The notes beneath the pieces were generated by a model. The model had not been told where the DNA came from. It made no database searches and saw only the letters and a program-made list of their open reading frames with translations. Made by a program: the position numbers and the translations under genes. From a virus, in the IMG/VR virus record IMGVR_UViG_3300037247_001118, positions 1 through 64,000 of that record: DNA of 64,000 nt. The stretch is one strand, 5' to 3'. Shown here piece after piece: positions 38,722 through 47,746 of the stretch. The first letter of the stretch is position 1. Each line of letters begins with the position of its first letter.

Positions 38722-39309
38722 ATGGCCAACACAATGGAGTTTGACTTTACCGGAGCGCCTCCGGTGCAGGGGAAGGTCGGAGGCGATAGGATCGCACCCG
38801 GCACATATCTGCTTGAGATCGGCAAGCTGGATCCGACACCGGCCAAATCCGGTCGGGCGATGATCACCGCCACATTGGTGGTGAAGAACGACGGCCCCTA
38901 CGTGGGCAAGAAGCTGGTCGAGCGGTTCTCGTTTCCGAGGCCGGGCAGCGATGACTCTTCCTTCCCCCTCCAACGCTGGCACGCCTTCCTGGTGGCCATC
39001 GGCATGAAGGAGCGGAAGGGCAAGCTGTCGTTGGACATCGACACGCTCATCGGCAAGGAGATAGTGGCCGAGGTCGACGACGAGTTCCAGGAAGCCAAGG
39101 ACAACTTCCCCGCACGCACAGTGTCGCGTCCGATGGCGTTCCACCGCACGAAGTCGCCGGAAGCCGAAAACGTCGGCCAGACGACCGCCGTGCCGGCCGC
39201 CGCTCCGGCACCGGCACCCGCTGCCGCAGCCGAGGCACCTGCCGTTGCCGAGGCACCTGCGGAGGCAGAGGCAGCGGACGAGGACCTCTTCGCTGGCCTA
39301 GAGGACTAG
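38722..39309 (+). CDS. Single-stranded DNA-binding protein (DUF669-like)
   Basis: PGTY...KSG..MI pattern and an acidic Ala/Pro tail ending DLFAGLED. Confidence 0.7.
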   Translation: MANTMEFDFTGAPPVQGKVGGDRIAPGTYLLEIGKLDPTPAKSGRAMITATLVVKNDGPYVGKKLVERFSFPRPGSDDSSFPLQRWHAFLVAIGMKERKGKLSLDIDTLIGKEIVAEVDDEFQEAKDNFPARTVSRPMAFHRTKSPEAENVGQTTAVPAAAPAPAPAAAAEAPAVAEAPAEAEAADEDLFAGLED

Positions 39310-39327
39310 GCAGACCGCACCTGATAC

Positions 39328-39359
39328 CCTGGGGCGCTCTCGTGTGAGGGCGCTCCAGG
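39328..39359 (+). terminator. Stem-loop after the SSB gene
   Basis: CCTGGGGCGCTCTC-GTGT-GAGGGCGCTCCAGG, a 14-bp stem with G-U pairs. Confidence 0.55.
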
Positions 39360-39379
39360 CTGAGGAGGAACAGATAGAA

Positions 39380-39631
39380 ATGCCACCACGACGCGGGCCC
39401 CAATGCAGCCTACTATGCAGCGAGCCGGTGACCTACTCGGAGCGTGGTCACCCCCTCGCCGGTGACTACTGTGACAAGCACGGCTTAGCCGTCCACCGGC
39501 TGCGGCGCGGTTCGCCCTGCCCCTGCGGGCACTGCGATGGCGCTCGTGGGCGGGTACAGCGAAAGATCGAGCGGGAGGCCGTGGAGCAGGCGGCGGAGCC
39601 GAACCGTGCAGAGGAGCCCGATGCCGACTGA
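39380..39631 (+). CDS. Small Cys/His-rich protein
   Basis: RBS GAGGAGG; CxxxC, CxxH and CxCxxC motifs. Confidence 0.5.
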   Translation: MPPRRGPQCSLLCSEPVTYSERGHPLAGDYCDKHGLAVHRLRRGSPCPCGHCDGARGRVQRKIEREAVEQAAEPNRAEEPDAD

Positions 39632-39914
39632 GACACAGCTCGTCGCACGGATCATGCTCATGCTGGAACGGCGCGGTGCCTACGCCAACAAGAACCACGG
39701 CAGTCCGTTTCAGCGCCTGGGTCGGCCCGACATTGAGGGGTGCCTGGATGGGAGCTTCTTTGCCTTCGAGGTCAAGCTGCCGGGCAAGAAGCACTCCCTC
39801 ACACGGCTGCAAGTACAGGCACTGATCGAGATTCGAGAGGCTGGAGGATGCGCCGAAGTTGTCGAGAGCGTGCAAGAGGCAGAGGATTTGCTGCGTGCCT
39901 GGAACCTCGCCTAA
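39621..39914 (+). CDS. VRR-NUC nuclease/Holliday junction resolvase
   Basis: E..L, G.PDI, FAFEVK.PG and LQ...L..I..AGG motifs. Confidence 0.85.
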   Translation: MPTETQLVARIMLMLERRGAYANKNHGSPFQRLGRPDIEGCLDGSFFAFEVKLPGKKHSLTRLQVQALIEIREAGGCAEVVESVQEAEDLLRAWNLA

Positions 39915-40122
39915 CCCTCGCCTCGCTCAGGCCCGCGATATTATCCGCCGGAAGGCCAAAGCGGTGGGCGAGATGGGGCTGTTCGACGCCGTCCACACGC
40001 TCGGCTGGTTCGACCAGATACACTACGACGAGGAGTGTGTCCTGCAAATACGAGACCTCGGAGACTTGCAGACGGTGGCGCTGGCCGCTGCGCTGATCGC
40101 CTACGCGGAGGGGATGCGTTGA
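39895..40122 (+). CDS. Hypothetical protein
   Basis: Coupled between the nuclease and primase genes. Confidence 0.45.
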   Translation: MPGTSPNPRLAQARDIIRRKAKAVGEMGLFDAVHTLGWFDQIHYDEECVLQIRDLGDLQTVALAAALIAYAEGMR

Positions 40123-42971
40123 CCAAGATCAAGACCGCCGCACTACAATTCGCCGACGCAGGCCTACCCGTCCTGGCGATTCACCTGCCGGACGGCACGG
40201 ACGGCTGCACGTGCTCGAACCCCGACTGCGCCAGTCCCGGCAAGCATCCGCGGGCGGATCTGTGCCCGCACGGTGTGCTGGACGCGACGACGGACGCGGA
40301 GGTGATCTCCGGCTGGCCTGACGATATCAACATCGGTGTGGCTCTCGGCGCGGCCGCTAGTGGCGTCATGGTGTTCGACGTTGACCACTTGGAGATCGCC
40401 GCACGCTTCCTCGACCCCGAGTACGGCATACCCGACCAAACTGCCATCGCGTCCAGCGGGCGCCTCGGGGCGCACATCTGGTTCCGCACGACGGGCCCGA
40501 CTAAGACGTTCCACCTCCGCGCTGCGACAGGTGAGAAGATCGGCGAGGTACGCGGTGACGGTGCCTACGTCGTCGTCCCGCCATCGCTGGCGATAACCGG
40601 TAGGCGCTACCAGTGGGTAGGACAGCCCGCTAGAGTGGACGTTACGCGCTTCCACGCCACAGACGACCCCCGAAGCTACATAGAGGGCCTCCTGGCCGAC
40701 GTGGGGACCGCTGTAGGCGACGGTGGGGGTGGTGCGGCCACCTCGACGCCGGACAAGTACCGCCAGCTGCCACTTGCAGCTATCGACATTCCCGAGCGGA
40801 TCGTCAAGCACTCGCTCATGCAGCGCTTACGGCAGCAGCTAGCCGGTCACCACACGAAGCCCGCCGGCAAGTCCGACCCGGACCGCTCCAAGCGTCTGAT
40901 GGGCGTCGGCTTCGCCGCACGCGACGCTGCGAAGGAGATGGGCCAGCCACTCACAGTAGAGGAGTGCGCAGGCATCGTCAAGATGGCCGTCATCGGATGG
41001 TATGGCAAATACGACGAGGGGCGCTCCGACATGGACTTCCGGTGCTGGGAGATCGCCTGGAAGGCGTTCGATGAGATCGGCGTCACTGAGACGGGCATTC
41101 CGGCGGTGACTACGGGCGGACCGAAGTACAGCGCCGACAATTACTTCTGGGACGAGTCGGACGGCAAAGTCTACAAGCGGATTCACCGCAAGGACGGTGA
41201 GGATGCGCAGGAAATCTGCAACTTCCTCCCCGAGATCATCGAGGACATTGAGCTCGACGCCGGCGGCACCACCGACGAGGGCGAGCGCGTCTGGCGCGTG
41301 CGCTTCACCCGCCCGGGCAGCGTCCACGAGCTGGTGCTGCGCGTTGACGACCGCACGCGCAAGAAGGGACGGCTAGAGGCGGCGCTGGCCGGCAGTCTCC
41401 TGCCAAGCGACTTCATTGTCTGCGCGCGGCATGCGCCCGAGGTGCGCGAGGCGATGCAGGCGCTGAGCGATCCCGAGCGGCGCAAGGCGTTCGCGGTCAC
41501 CGGCTGGATGGACGACCACACCGTCTACGTGCTCCCCGGTGCCGACGGCGGTATCTCGGCGCAGGGAGTGGACGAGTTGCGGCGGATCGACCCAGACCGG
41601 CTGCCCACCGGCGCCATTGTGATCCGCTCCGAGCTCATGCTCTACGGACAGGGGGTACGGCCACCGACGACTCCCGAGGAGCGGGCAGCGGCGTGGCAGG
41701 CGTTCCGCACCCTGATCGGCGTGGCACCCCCCCGCGTGTCCGTCCCTGTTGTCCTACAGGTGCTTGCCGGCCCCCTGGCGTCGAGCGGTATCGGGGCCGT
41801 GCCGCCGCTGGTACACGTCATGGGCAAGACCGGCATTCTCAAGACGAGCTTCTGCCTCGCAGCGCTCTCGCTCTTCGGGAAGTTCAAGAACAACGCGCCC
41901 ACACCGTGGACCTCGACGACGACGTTCCTCACCTCGTTCCTTCACACCGCCAAGGACCTGACGGTGCTGGTAGACGACTACAAGCGCAGCGTCGTCAAGC
42001 CGACCGAGTTCACCGCGTTCATTCAGAACTACGCCGACCGTACAGGCCGTGGCCGCGGCAACCCGGACGGTACGGCGCGCGTCACACAGATCGCACGTGG
42101 GCTGATGCTGAGCACCGGCGAGGACAAGTGGGAGGGCGAGGCGTCCGTAGAGGCGCGTACCATCATCGTCCCGCTACAGGGTGGCGACATTGATCTTGAG
42201 CGGCTGAGCGCCACCCAGGCGCTGGTACAGCGGCAGGAGCTCCAGCTCTTCGGCGGTGCGTACCTACTGTGGCTGGCTAAGCACGGCAAGCTACTGGGAG
42301 AGAATGCGTTGGACGACACCTGCGAGCGGTGGCGCCTCAAGCTAGTAAAGGCCACAGGCCAGGGCGATGGCATACACTTGCGTATTCTCAGCTCCTACGC
42401 CTCGCTGCTAGCTGCCGGCGAGGTCGTCGTGCGGTTCGTCCGCGCCACCTTCGGCAAGGAGGCCGGGCAGGAAGTCATGGACTGGATCAGGGAGGCCACG
42501 AAGGCGCTGGTCGCCGGAGCCGAGGAACAGGCCAAGGACATCGCCAGCTCGTCGCCGTACCGGAAGATGGCGACGGCGCTCTCCGAAGGCCTGGCGGCGC
42601 GCAAGATCCGCCTCATGCCGGCGGTAGGTGTCGACGCGTCACACTCCGCCCACCCGGACAGTGCACCGGCTGCTGAGACGGTAGGGTACTGGGAAGAGAA
42701 GCACGGCGTCGTGTTCGCGCTGCTCACCCGGGAGAGCACCTACGGCTGGTACGAAGGCGTCCAGGTCCGGCGCGGCAGCCGCGTTGGCTTCTCCTGGGCG
42801 GCGGTGTTGAAGGAGGCGGTGGACGAGTTTGGTGGAGAACGCGTCGAACGAAAGCGGGTAAGGGTGGGGGATAAGACCTCACAACTCAGCGGCGTCCTTG
42901 TCCCGCTGGACACCCTCACTCAAGAAAACGACTCACAAGAATCACTAGACTCACAGCTAGATCGTAGCTAG
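40119..42971 (+). CDS. Bifunctional primase-polymerase (Prim-Pol) fused to a helicase domain
   Basis: CTC...C.SPGKHP, NIG, FDVD, G.HIWF and YVVVPPS motifs; Walker A GKTGILKT and Walker B LVDD; TTG start 40119. Confidence 0.88.
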   Translation: MTKIKTAALQFADAGLPVLAIHLPDGTDGCTCSNPDCASPGKHPRADLCPHGVLDATTDAEVISGWPDDINIGVALGAAASGVMVFDVDHLEIAARFLDPEYGIPDQTAIASSGRLGAHIWFRTTGPTKTFHLRAATGEKIGEVRGDGAYVVVPPSLAITGRRYQWVGQPARVDVTRFHATDDPRSYIEGLLADVGTAVGDGGGGAATSTPDKYRQLPLAAIDIPERIVKHSLMQRLRQQLAGHHTKPAGKSDPDRSKRLMGVGFAARDAAKEMGQPLTVEECAGIVKMAVIGWYGKYDEGRSDMDFRCWEIAWKAFDEIGVTETGIPAVTTGGPKYSADNYFWDESDGKVYKRIHRKDGEDAQEICNFLPEIIEDIELDAGGTTDEGERVWRVRFTRPGSVHELVLRVDDRTRKKGRLEAALAGSLLPSDFIVCARHAPEVREAMQALSDPERRKAFAVTGWMDDHTVYVLPGADGGISAQGVDELRRIDPDRLPTGAIVIRSELMLYGQGVRPPTTPEERAAAWQAFRTLIGVAPPRVSVPVVLQVLAGPLASSGIGAVPPLVHVMGKTGILKTSFCLAALSLFGKFKNNAPTPWTSTTTFLTSFLHTAKDLTVLVDDYKRSVVKPTEFTAFIQNYADRTGRGRGNPDGTARVTQIARGLMLSTGEDKWEGEASVEARTIIVPLQGGDIDLERLSATQALVQRQELQLFGGAYLLWLAKHGKLLGENALDDTCERWRLKLVKATGQGDGIHLRILSSYASLLAAGEVVVRFVRATFGKEAGQEVMDWIREATKALVAGAEEQAKDIASSSPYRKMATALSEGLAARKIRLMPAVGVDASHSAHPDSAPAAETVGYWEEKHGVVFALLTRESTYGWYEGVQVRRGSRVGFSWAAVLKEAVDEFGGERVERKRVRVGDKTSQLSGVLVPLDTLTQENDSQESLDSQLDRS

Positions 42972-43175
42972 GGTGAGTGTTGTGAGTGGTGTGAGTAGAG
43001 AAAAATATATATATATATAGGAGAGAATTGGAGTGTTCGTTCAGACGCGTCAGAAATATTTGGGGGATCAGAATCTCTATACATACATGTGTAGCCCCAA
43101 ACGCCGTCACATCCCTCACATCCGTCCCTTTCGTATCTGAAAACGTGTGAGACAGGGTGTGAGTGTTGTGATAGA
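42915..43175. other. Putative replication origin (iterons plus AT-rich tract)
   Basis: ACTCACA/TGTGAGT repeats in opposed orientation, an AAAAA(TA)n tract at 43001-43019, and TCACATCC x2. Directly after the primase-helicase gene. Confidence 0.6.
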
Positions 43176-43188
43176 AGGAGAAAGTGCC

Positions 43189-43392
43189 ATGCCTGAACAA
43201 AATGACCAGCCCGAGAACACAGTAGGCGACGAGCCGACCTGCCCTTGGTGCGGCGAGCCCATAGGCGACGAGCCCTTTATCGCTCCGCCCGAAGTCCGTT
43301 CCCCCCAGAACCGCATCCACCTGCGCTGTACGTCGCCCATGATCGCCGAACTAGAGGAGAAGCTGGCGGCGTTGGAGGCGGCGACAGAGTGA
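43189..43392 (+). CDS. Small Zn-finger-like protein
   Basis: CPWC...HLRC; RBS AAGGAG. Confidence 0.5.
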   Translation: MPEQNDQPENTVGDEPTCPWCGEPIGDEPFIAPPEVRSPQNRIHLRCTSPMIAELEEKLAALEAATE

Positions 43393-43421
43393 GGATTCAG
43401 GAGCAGAAAGGACAAGACAAC

Positions 43422-44456
43422 ATGGCAAAGGTGAAGAAGACAGGCACGAAGTTCCAGCTCTTCCCCGCGTTGCGGCCTGACGAGTACGATGCGCTGAAGG
43501 CGGACATCGCTGAGCGCGGCGTCCTTGTCCCCGTGGAGATCGATCAGGATGGGCAGATGCTTGATGGCCACCACCGGCTGAAGATCGCCGGCGAGCTGGG
43601 GATCGAGGCGCCGACGGTACAGCGAGAGTTCACAGATGACGACGCGCGGATGGCGCATGTGATCGCCCTGAACCTCAAGCGGCGACATCTGGATGCCGTG
43701 ACATGGGGCGAGATGTTCATTCGCTATGCAGAGGCGCGAGGTGTGCGGCTCGGAACCCAAGGGAGGCAATCGGAGAAAACGGACACAGTGTCCGTTTTAG
43801 CATCCGAACTGGGTGTGGAGGAGCGGACGGCAAGACGCCATGTTGAAGCTGCCCACCTGTCCGAGCCCATGAAGGAAGCGGTACGTTCTGGTGCAAAGAC
43901 GGTCTCTACCGCAAAGCGTGAAGCCAAGCGTACCGAACGCCGTGAGTCTGATCCCGGCCCACCGCCGACGGGCACCTTCCGAACCATCGTCATTGATCCG
44001 CCCTGGGATTACGGTGACCATTCCGTGCGTGGTGCCGCTGCTACTCACTACGCCGTCATGTCACTGGCGGACATCACAGCGCTGCCCGTCAAGGACATGG
44101 CCGGCGAGGAGGCACACCTCTACCTGTGGGTGACGAACCCACACATGCCCATCATCTGGGACATCATCGAAGCCTGGGGCTTTGACTACAAGACCATGCT
44201 GACCTGGGTGAAGCCACAGATGGGCACTGGCCACTACTTCCGAGGTGCGACCGAGCATGTTGCCTTCTGTACACGGGGCAACCTGCCGTTGCGGAAGGCC
44301 AACATCCGCAACTGGTTTGAGGCAGATCGTACCAAGCACAGTGCGAAGCCCGAGAAGTTCTACAAGCTAGTTGAGGAGGCCAGTCACGGCCCGTATGTGG
44401 AACTGTTTGCGCGAACACGGCGCGAAGGATGGGAGGGGTGGGGCGATGAGCTTTGA
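43422..44456 (+). CDS. ParB-like domain fused to MT-A70 N6-adenine methyltransferase
   Basis: L..DI...G...P...LDGHHR...NL.RRHL; then IDPPW, LYLWVTN, HSAKP and ELFAR. Confidence 0.9.
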   Translation: MAKVKKTGTKFQLFPALRPDEYDALKADIAERGVLVPVEIDQDGQMLDGHHRLKIAGELGIEAPTVQREFTDDDARMAHVIALNLKRRHLDAVTWGEMFIRYAEARGVRLGTQGRQSEKTDTVSVLASELGVEERTARRHVEAAHLSEPMKEAVRSGAKTVSTAKREAKRTERRESDPGPPPTGTFRTIVIDPPWDYGDHSVRGAAATHYAVMSLADITALPVKDMAGEEAHLYLWVTNPHMPIIWDIIEAWGFDYKTMLTWVKPQMGTGHYFRGATEHVAFCTRGNLPLRKANIRNWFEADRTKHSAKPEKFYKLVEEASHGPYVELFARTRREGWEGWGDEL

Positions 44457-44961
44457 CTGGGACGGGGACGTGAAAGGAAGTAGCGGGGCTGAGAAGCTGA
44501 CCGTCGGCATTCTTCAGAGCGGCTGGCGCGGTGCGCGCGATGTGCGAAACATCAGCGACCATCACCTCCCGTGGGATCACGAGGCGTTTCTTCCAGAGTT
44601 CGGGCGTGTCGTTCGCATTGATACGAAGGCGGTGAAGAAGACTTACCCGGCGATCTTCTGGGAGACGCGGCATGAGGGAATTGAGACTCCCAGTTGGGGC
44701 ACCGAGGAGCGACTGGACCTAATTTTCTATTACATGCCGACCCGCTGCTACGTGCTCGATGTGGCGAAAGCCCGCAGCCTGATCGATGGGCACTTCGTAG
44801 AGATGCGCCTGTCCCAACCGACAGTTAGAGCCGAGCGCTCCTGGTACACGTTCGGCTGTGTCGTACCTATTGAGCGCATACGAAGCGCACTGGTGGCAGA
44901 CTTTGGGCCACCGGGACCTGAGCCAGAAGAGGAACCATCGGGACCCGAGTGGGAAACGTAA
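44446..44961 (+). CDS. Putative PD-(D/E)XK endonuclease
   Basis: G..AE...D...IDTK...FWE pattern; overlaps the MT-A70 gene. Confidence 0.5.
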   Translation: MSFDWDGDVKGSSGAEKLTVGILQSGWRGARDVRNISDHHLPWDHEAFLPEFGRVVRIDTKAVKKTYPAIFWETRHEGIETPSWGTEERLDLIFYYMPTRCYVLDVAKARSLIDGHFVEMRLSQPTVRAERSWYTFGCVVPIERIRSALVADFGPPGPEPEEEPSGPEWET

Positions 44962-44979
44962 GGAACTAGGAGGTACCCC

Positions 44980-45180
44980 ATGACCAAGCGACAGAAGACC
45001 TGGACCTCGACGGCGATCAAGCGCCTGCGCAAGCGTCGGCGCGCGTCGCAGACGGCCTTCGGCATATTGCTCGGCGTGTCGATCATGACCGTCTCGCGCT
45101 GGGAGCGCGGCGTCTCAGTGCCGGCGCCACAACAGCGGACGGCGCTGGACAAGCTAATGGGAGAGCCGTCCAATGGCTGA
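44980..45180 (+). CDS. XRE/Cro-family HTH regulator
   Basis: IK.LR...SQ.AFG.LLGVS..TVSRWE.G...P. Confidence 0.9.
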   Translation: MTKRQKTWTSTAIKRLRKRRRASQTAFGILLGVSIMTVSRWERGVSVPAPQQRTALDKLMGEPSNG

Positions 45181-46039
45181 TCTCATTCGAGTAGTAGACG
45201 TCAGCGAGTTCACCACGACGATCCCGCACTCGTGGTGGCGAGACCTGCGCGACAGGCTCGGCGTCAAGGCCGCCGTGATTCAGGCGTGGGGTGGCGGCTA
45301 CGTCCCGGGACGCCGCAACGAGCACTTCGCACAGCACGTCGAAGGCGCACTCCGCGCCGGCATGAGCGTCGCTGCCTACGTGTGGCCCCCAGACGAGTAC
45401 GTGGATGCCTTCCGCTGGATCGAGCAGTCTGGCTACAAGTCCGAGCTCGCGTTCTACGCCCACGACGTGGAGCAGGGTGCCGGCGTCACACAGCAATACG
45501 TCGAGGCCGCGGACCAGTGGCTCGGCCGGCCGTCGTGGATTTACGCGTCGCCCGGTTCGTGGCGGAATATCCAGAGCGCCACTCAGCGGAGCCAACTCCT
45601 GTGGTACGCCGACCACCCGCTGTGGCTGGCACGCTACCCGCTGTCACCGGAGCGCCTCGGCGGCAACACCGTCTGGTGGCCGCGTGACGAAGCCGACCCA
45701 TTCGGCGGCTTTGAGGTCGGCGCCTGGCGCGAAGCCCGCGGCTGGCAATTCCAGGGGACGACGCGGATCGGCAACGAGACCTGCGACCTCAACCTATTCC
45801 ACGCCGACGCGTTCGACATTCAGCAGCAAGGAGAAGATGACATGTCAACACCTGAGTACGACGAACTGAAGTCCCGCCTGGACGGCTTGCAGGCCCTGGT
45901 CCGCGCCTCCGCTAACAATCTCCACGCCCGTGTGGGAGACCTAGAGGACGGCGACCTGGAAGTGCTTATCTGGCCGGTGGGGCTGGTGGAACTGCGGACG
46001 CTGCGCCACCGCGCCTACTACAGCAAGCAGGCCGACTAG
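45173..46039 (+). CDS. GH25-family lysozyme (endolysin)
   Basis: VDVSE, D.E (HDVE), WIYA, LWLARY, WQF.G and DLN motifs. Confidence 0.8.
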   Translation: MADLIRVVDVSEFTTTIPHSWWRDLRDRLGVKAAVIQAWGGGYVPGRRNEHFAQHVEGALRAGMSVAAYVWPPDEYVDAFRWIEQSGYKSELAFYAHDVEQGAGVTQQYVEAADQWLGRPSWIYASPGSWRNIQSATQRSQLLWYADHPLWLARYPLSPERLGGNTVWWPRDEADPFGGFEVGAWREARGWQFQGTTRIGNETCDLNLFHADAFDIQQQGEDDMSTPEYDELKSRLDGLQALVRASANNLHARVGDLEDGDLEVLIWPVGLVELRTLRHRAYYSKQAD

Positions 46040-46047
46040 CACTACCG

Positions 46048-46096
46048 CCGCAGCATAGCGCGCTTGACAAGCATGATTAAACGTGCTATGCTGCGG
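46048..46096 (+). promoter_or_regulatory. Promoter with TGATTAA box enclosed in an inverted repeat
   Basis: TTGACA(46064)-17 nt-TATGCT(46087); arms CCGCAGCATAGC and GCTATGCTGCGG. Confidence 0.78.
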
Positions 46097-46113
46097 GGGA
46101 GGAGGAGAGTACA

Positions 46114-46344
46114 ATGATCCCACTGATTCTTATCGGAGCAGCCATCGTGTATGCGGTATGTAGCCTGTTGGCGTACAAAGCGACATTCGCGTACTTTCAG
46201 AAAGAGTACCCCCGTATCGCCGAGTCCACAAGGGGCAGCGATAGAGCTATCGCGGGATTCATGGCAGCGATTGGTCCTCTGGGTCTGGCCATTGCCGCTA
46301 CGCATGGAGGCTTCTTCAAGCACGGTTTCACGACGAAGTCATGA
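46114..46344 (+). CDS. Small membrane protein
   Basis: Two hydrophobic segments; first gene after the promoter. Confidence 0.6.
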   Translation: MIPLILIGAAIVYAVCSLLAYKATFAYFQKEYPRIAESTRGSDRAIAGFMAAIGPLGLAIAATHGGFFKHGFTTKS

Positions 46345-46646
46345 CCAACCCTACTCTACAGGACGCACCCGACGCCACGGCGGATCGCGGCACGCTGCTT
46401 GCGTGGTACCGTGACGTAGTGCAGACCTTCGCCGCCTGTCACCACTACGAAGCCTTCAGGGGGCTGTGCTACTGGTGCCTCGGAGAAGAGCAGCAGTTTC
46501 GGGCGCGCGGTGCCCGCCGAGACGACACTGTCAAGTATTGCTCCACCCGCTGCGTTGACGCCGCCGACGCATACCGCACCAAGGTTCTGCACGGCGGCAA
46601 GACGCCGGCGCTAGACGCCGAGAACGAGGCAGGGGACGTAGCATGA
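46341..46646 (+). CDS. Hypothetical Zn-binding protein
   Basis: CYWC...YCS.RC. Confidence 0.55.
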   Translation: MTNPTLQDAPDATADRGTLLAWYRDVVQTFAACHHYEAFRGLCYWCLGEEQQFRARGARRDDTVKYCSTRCVDAADAYRTKVLHGGKTPALDAENEAGDVA

Positions 46647-47362
46647 CCGACCGCGACAGCATCATCGAGAAGGTCCAGGCGATGCTGGAGAAGGTGCCCG
46701 AGCGCGGCGCGACAGAGGCTGAGGCCGCGACGGCGCTAGAGATGGCGCATCGGCTCTTGGTCAAGCACAACCTGTCGATGGCGGAGGTCGAGACGATCAC
46801 GGAGGAGGCCGGCCAGGTCGTGGAGGAATGCGATCTGGGGATAGGCGCTAATGGCGCCCTTCTGCGCAATACACGGCAGAGTTGGCAGGGCGCATTGGCG
46901 GCGGTGATCGGTCGCCACTTCTTCGTCCAGGTACTCTGCTTCCACGGGACGCTGATCTTCATCGGTCGGGCCGACAACGTCGCCACTGTCCGGGAACTGA
47001 ATGCCTGGATCGTCGGCCAGGTATCGCGGCTGGCGCTTGAGGCATGCCACGAGGAGGGGCGGGTGGCGCGCTACGAGAAGACCTGGATTCGGTCGTGCCG
47101 GATCGGTATCGTGATGCGCATTCACGAGCGGTTAGAGGCGCTGGTCGCGGCGCAGGCGGCGAAGGATGTGAAGCTGCGCGCACTGGTCGTGCGCTACGAT
47201 GACGAGAACGCCAAGTATGTCAAGGACCGATATGGCAAGCCGCAGTCAGCGCCGCCACTGGGCGGCATCAATCCCGAAGCAGTCGAGGCCGGCCTAGAGA
47301 CCGGCGACCGCGTTAGCCTTCACCCGGCGGCACATCAGGTACAAGGAGGATCGCAGCAGTGA
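46643..47362 (+). CDS. DUF2786-domain protein
   Basis: IIEKV.A.L......T..EA..A...A..L..KHNL N-terminus. Confidence 0.75.
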   Translation: MTDRDSIIEKVQAMLEKVPERGATEAEAATALEMAHRLLVKHNLSMAEVETITEEAGQVVEECDLGIGANGALLRNTRQSWQGALAAVIGRHFFVQVLCFHGTLIFIGRADNVATVRELNAWIVGQVSRLALEACHEEGRVARYEKTWIRSCRIGIVMRIHERLEALVAAQAAKDVKLRALVVRYDDENAKYVKDRYGKPQSAPPLGGINPEAVEAGLETGDRVSLHPAAHQVQGGSQQ

Positions 47363-47373
47363 CCACCATCGTA

Positions 47374-47503
47374 GGGCCAGTAGTGACAGAGGTGTCAGGG
47401 GAGAAGTGGCCGGGGGGCGCGACGAGCTCCTCGTTAGTTTTCCTCCCCCTTCCATTGCGGCCACAGCATAATTGGACAGCGGTGACGATCCCGCAACTGG
47501 CCC
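47374..47503 (+). ncRNA. Candidate structured RNA
   Basis: Closing stem plus two inner stems with G-U pairs (see findings). Confidence 0.35.
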
Positions 47504-47554
47504 CCACCCTTCAGATTCTTGGCGTCGTGCCGATGCTAGTGGAGGAGGAGTACT

Positions 47555-47746
47555 ATGCCCCAACAGGTCGGTAAGCAGTGCCCGCGCTGCCGCGGCGCGA
47601 TGATGCCCGAGCGCGACTTCCACGGTGAGTACCTGACCTGCCTTCAGTGCGGCCACGCCGTTGACATGCTGCACGGTAGCGAAGTCAAGCCTGCGTCGCG
47701 GGAAGAGCTCGGCTACGCCCGACCGAGACGGAGCTCGTACCGATAA
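47555..47746 (+). CDS. Zn-ribbon protein
   Basis: CPRC.G.M...CLQCG; strong RBS. Confidence 0.65.
   Translation: MPQQVGKQCPRCRGAMMPERDFHGEYLTCLQCGHAVDMLHGSEVKPASREELGYARPRRSSYR

Noticed and set aside
44980-45180. XRE gene as a lysogeny repressor
   Set aside because: It is a short Cro-like protein on the same strand as all other genes, and no integrase or divergent switch is seen in the window.
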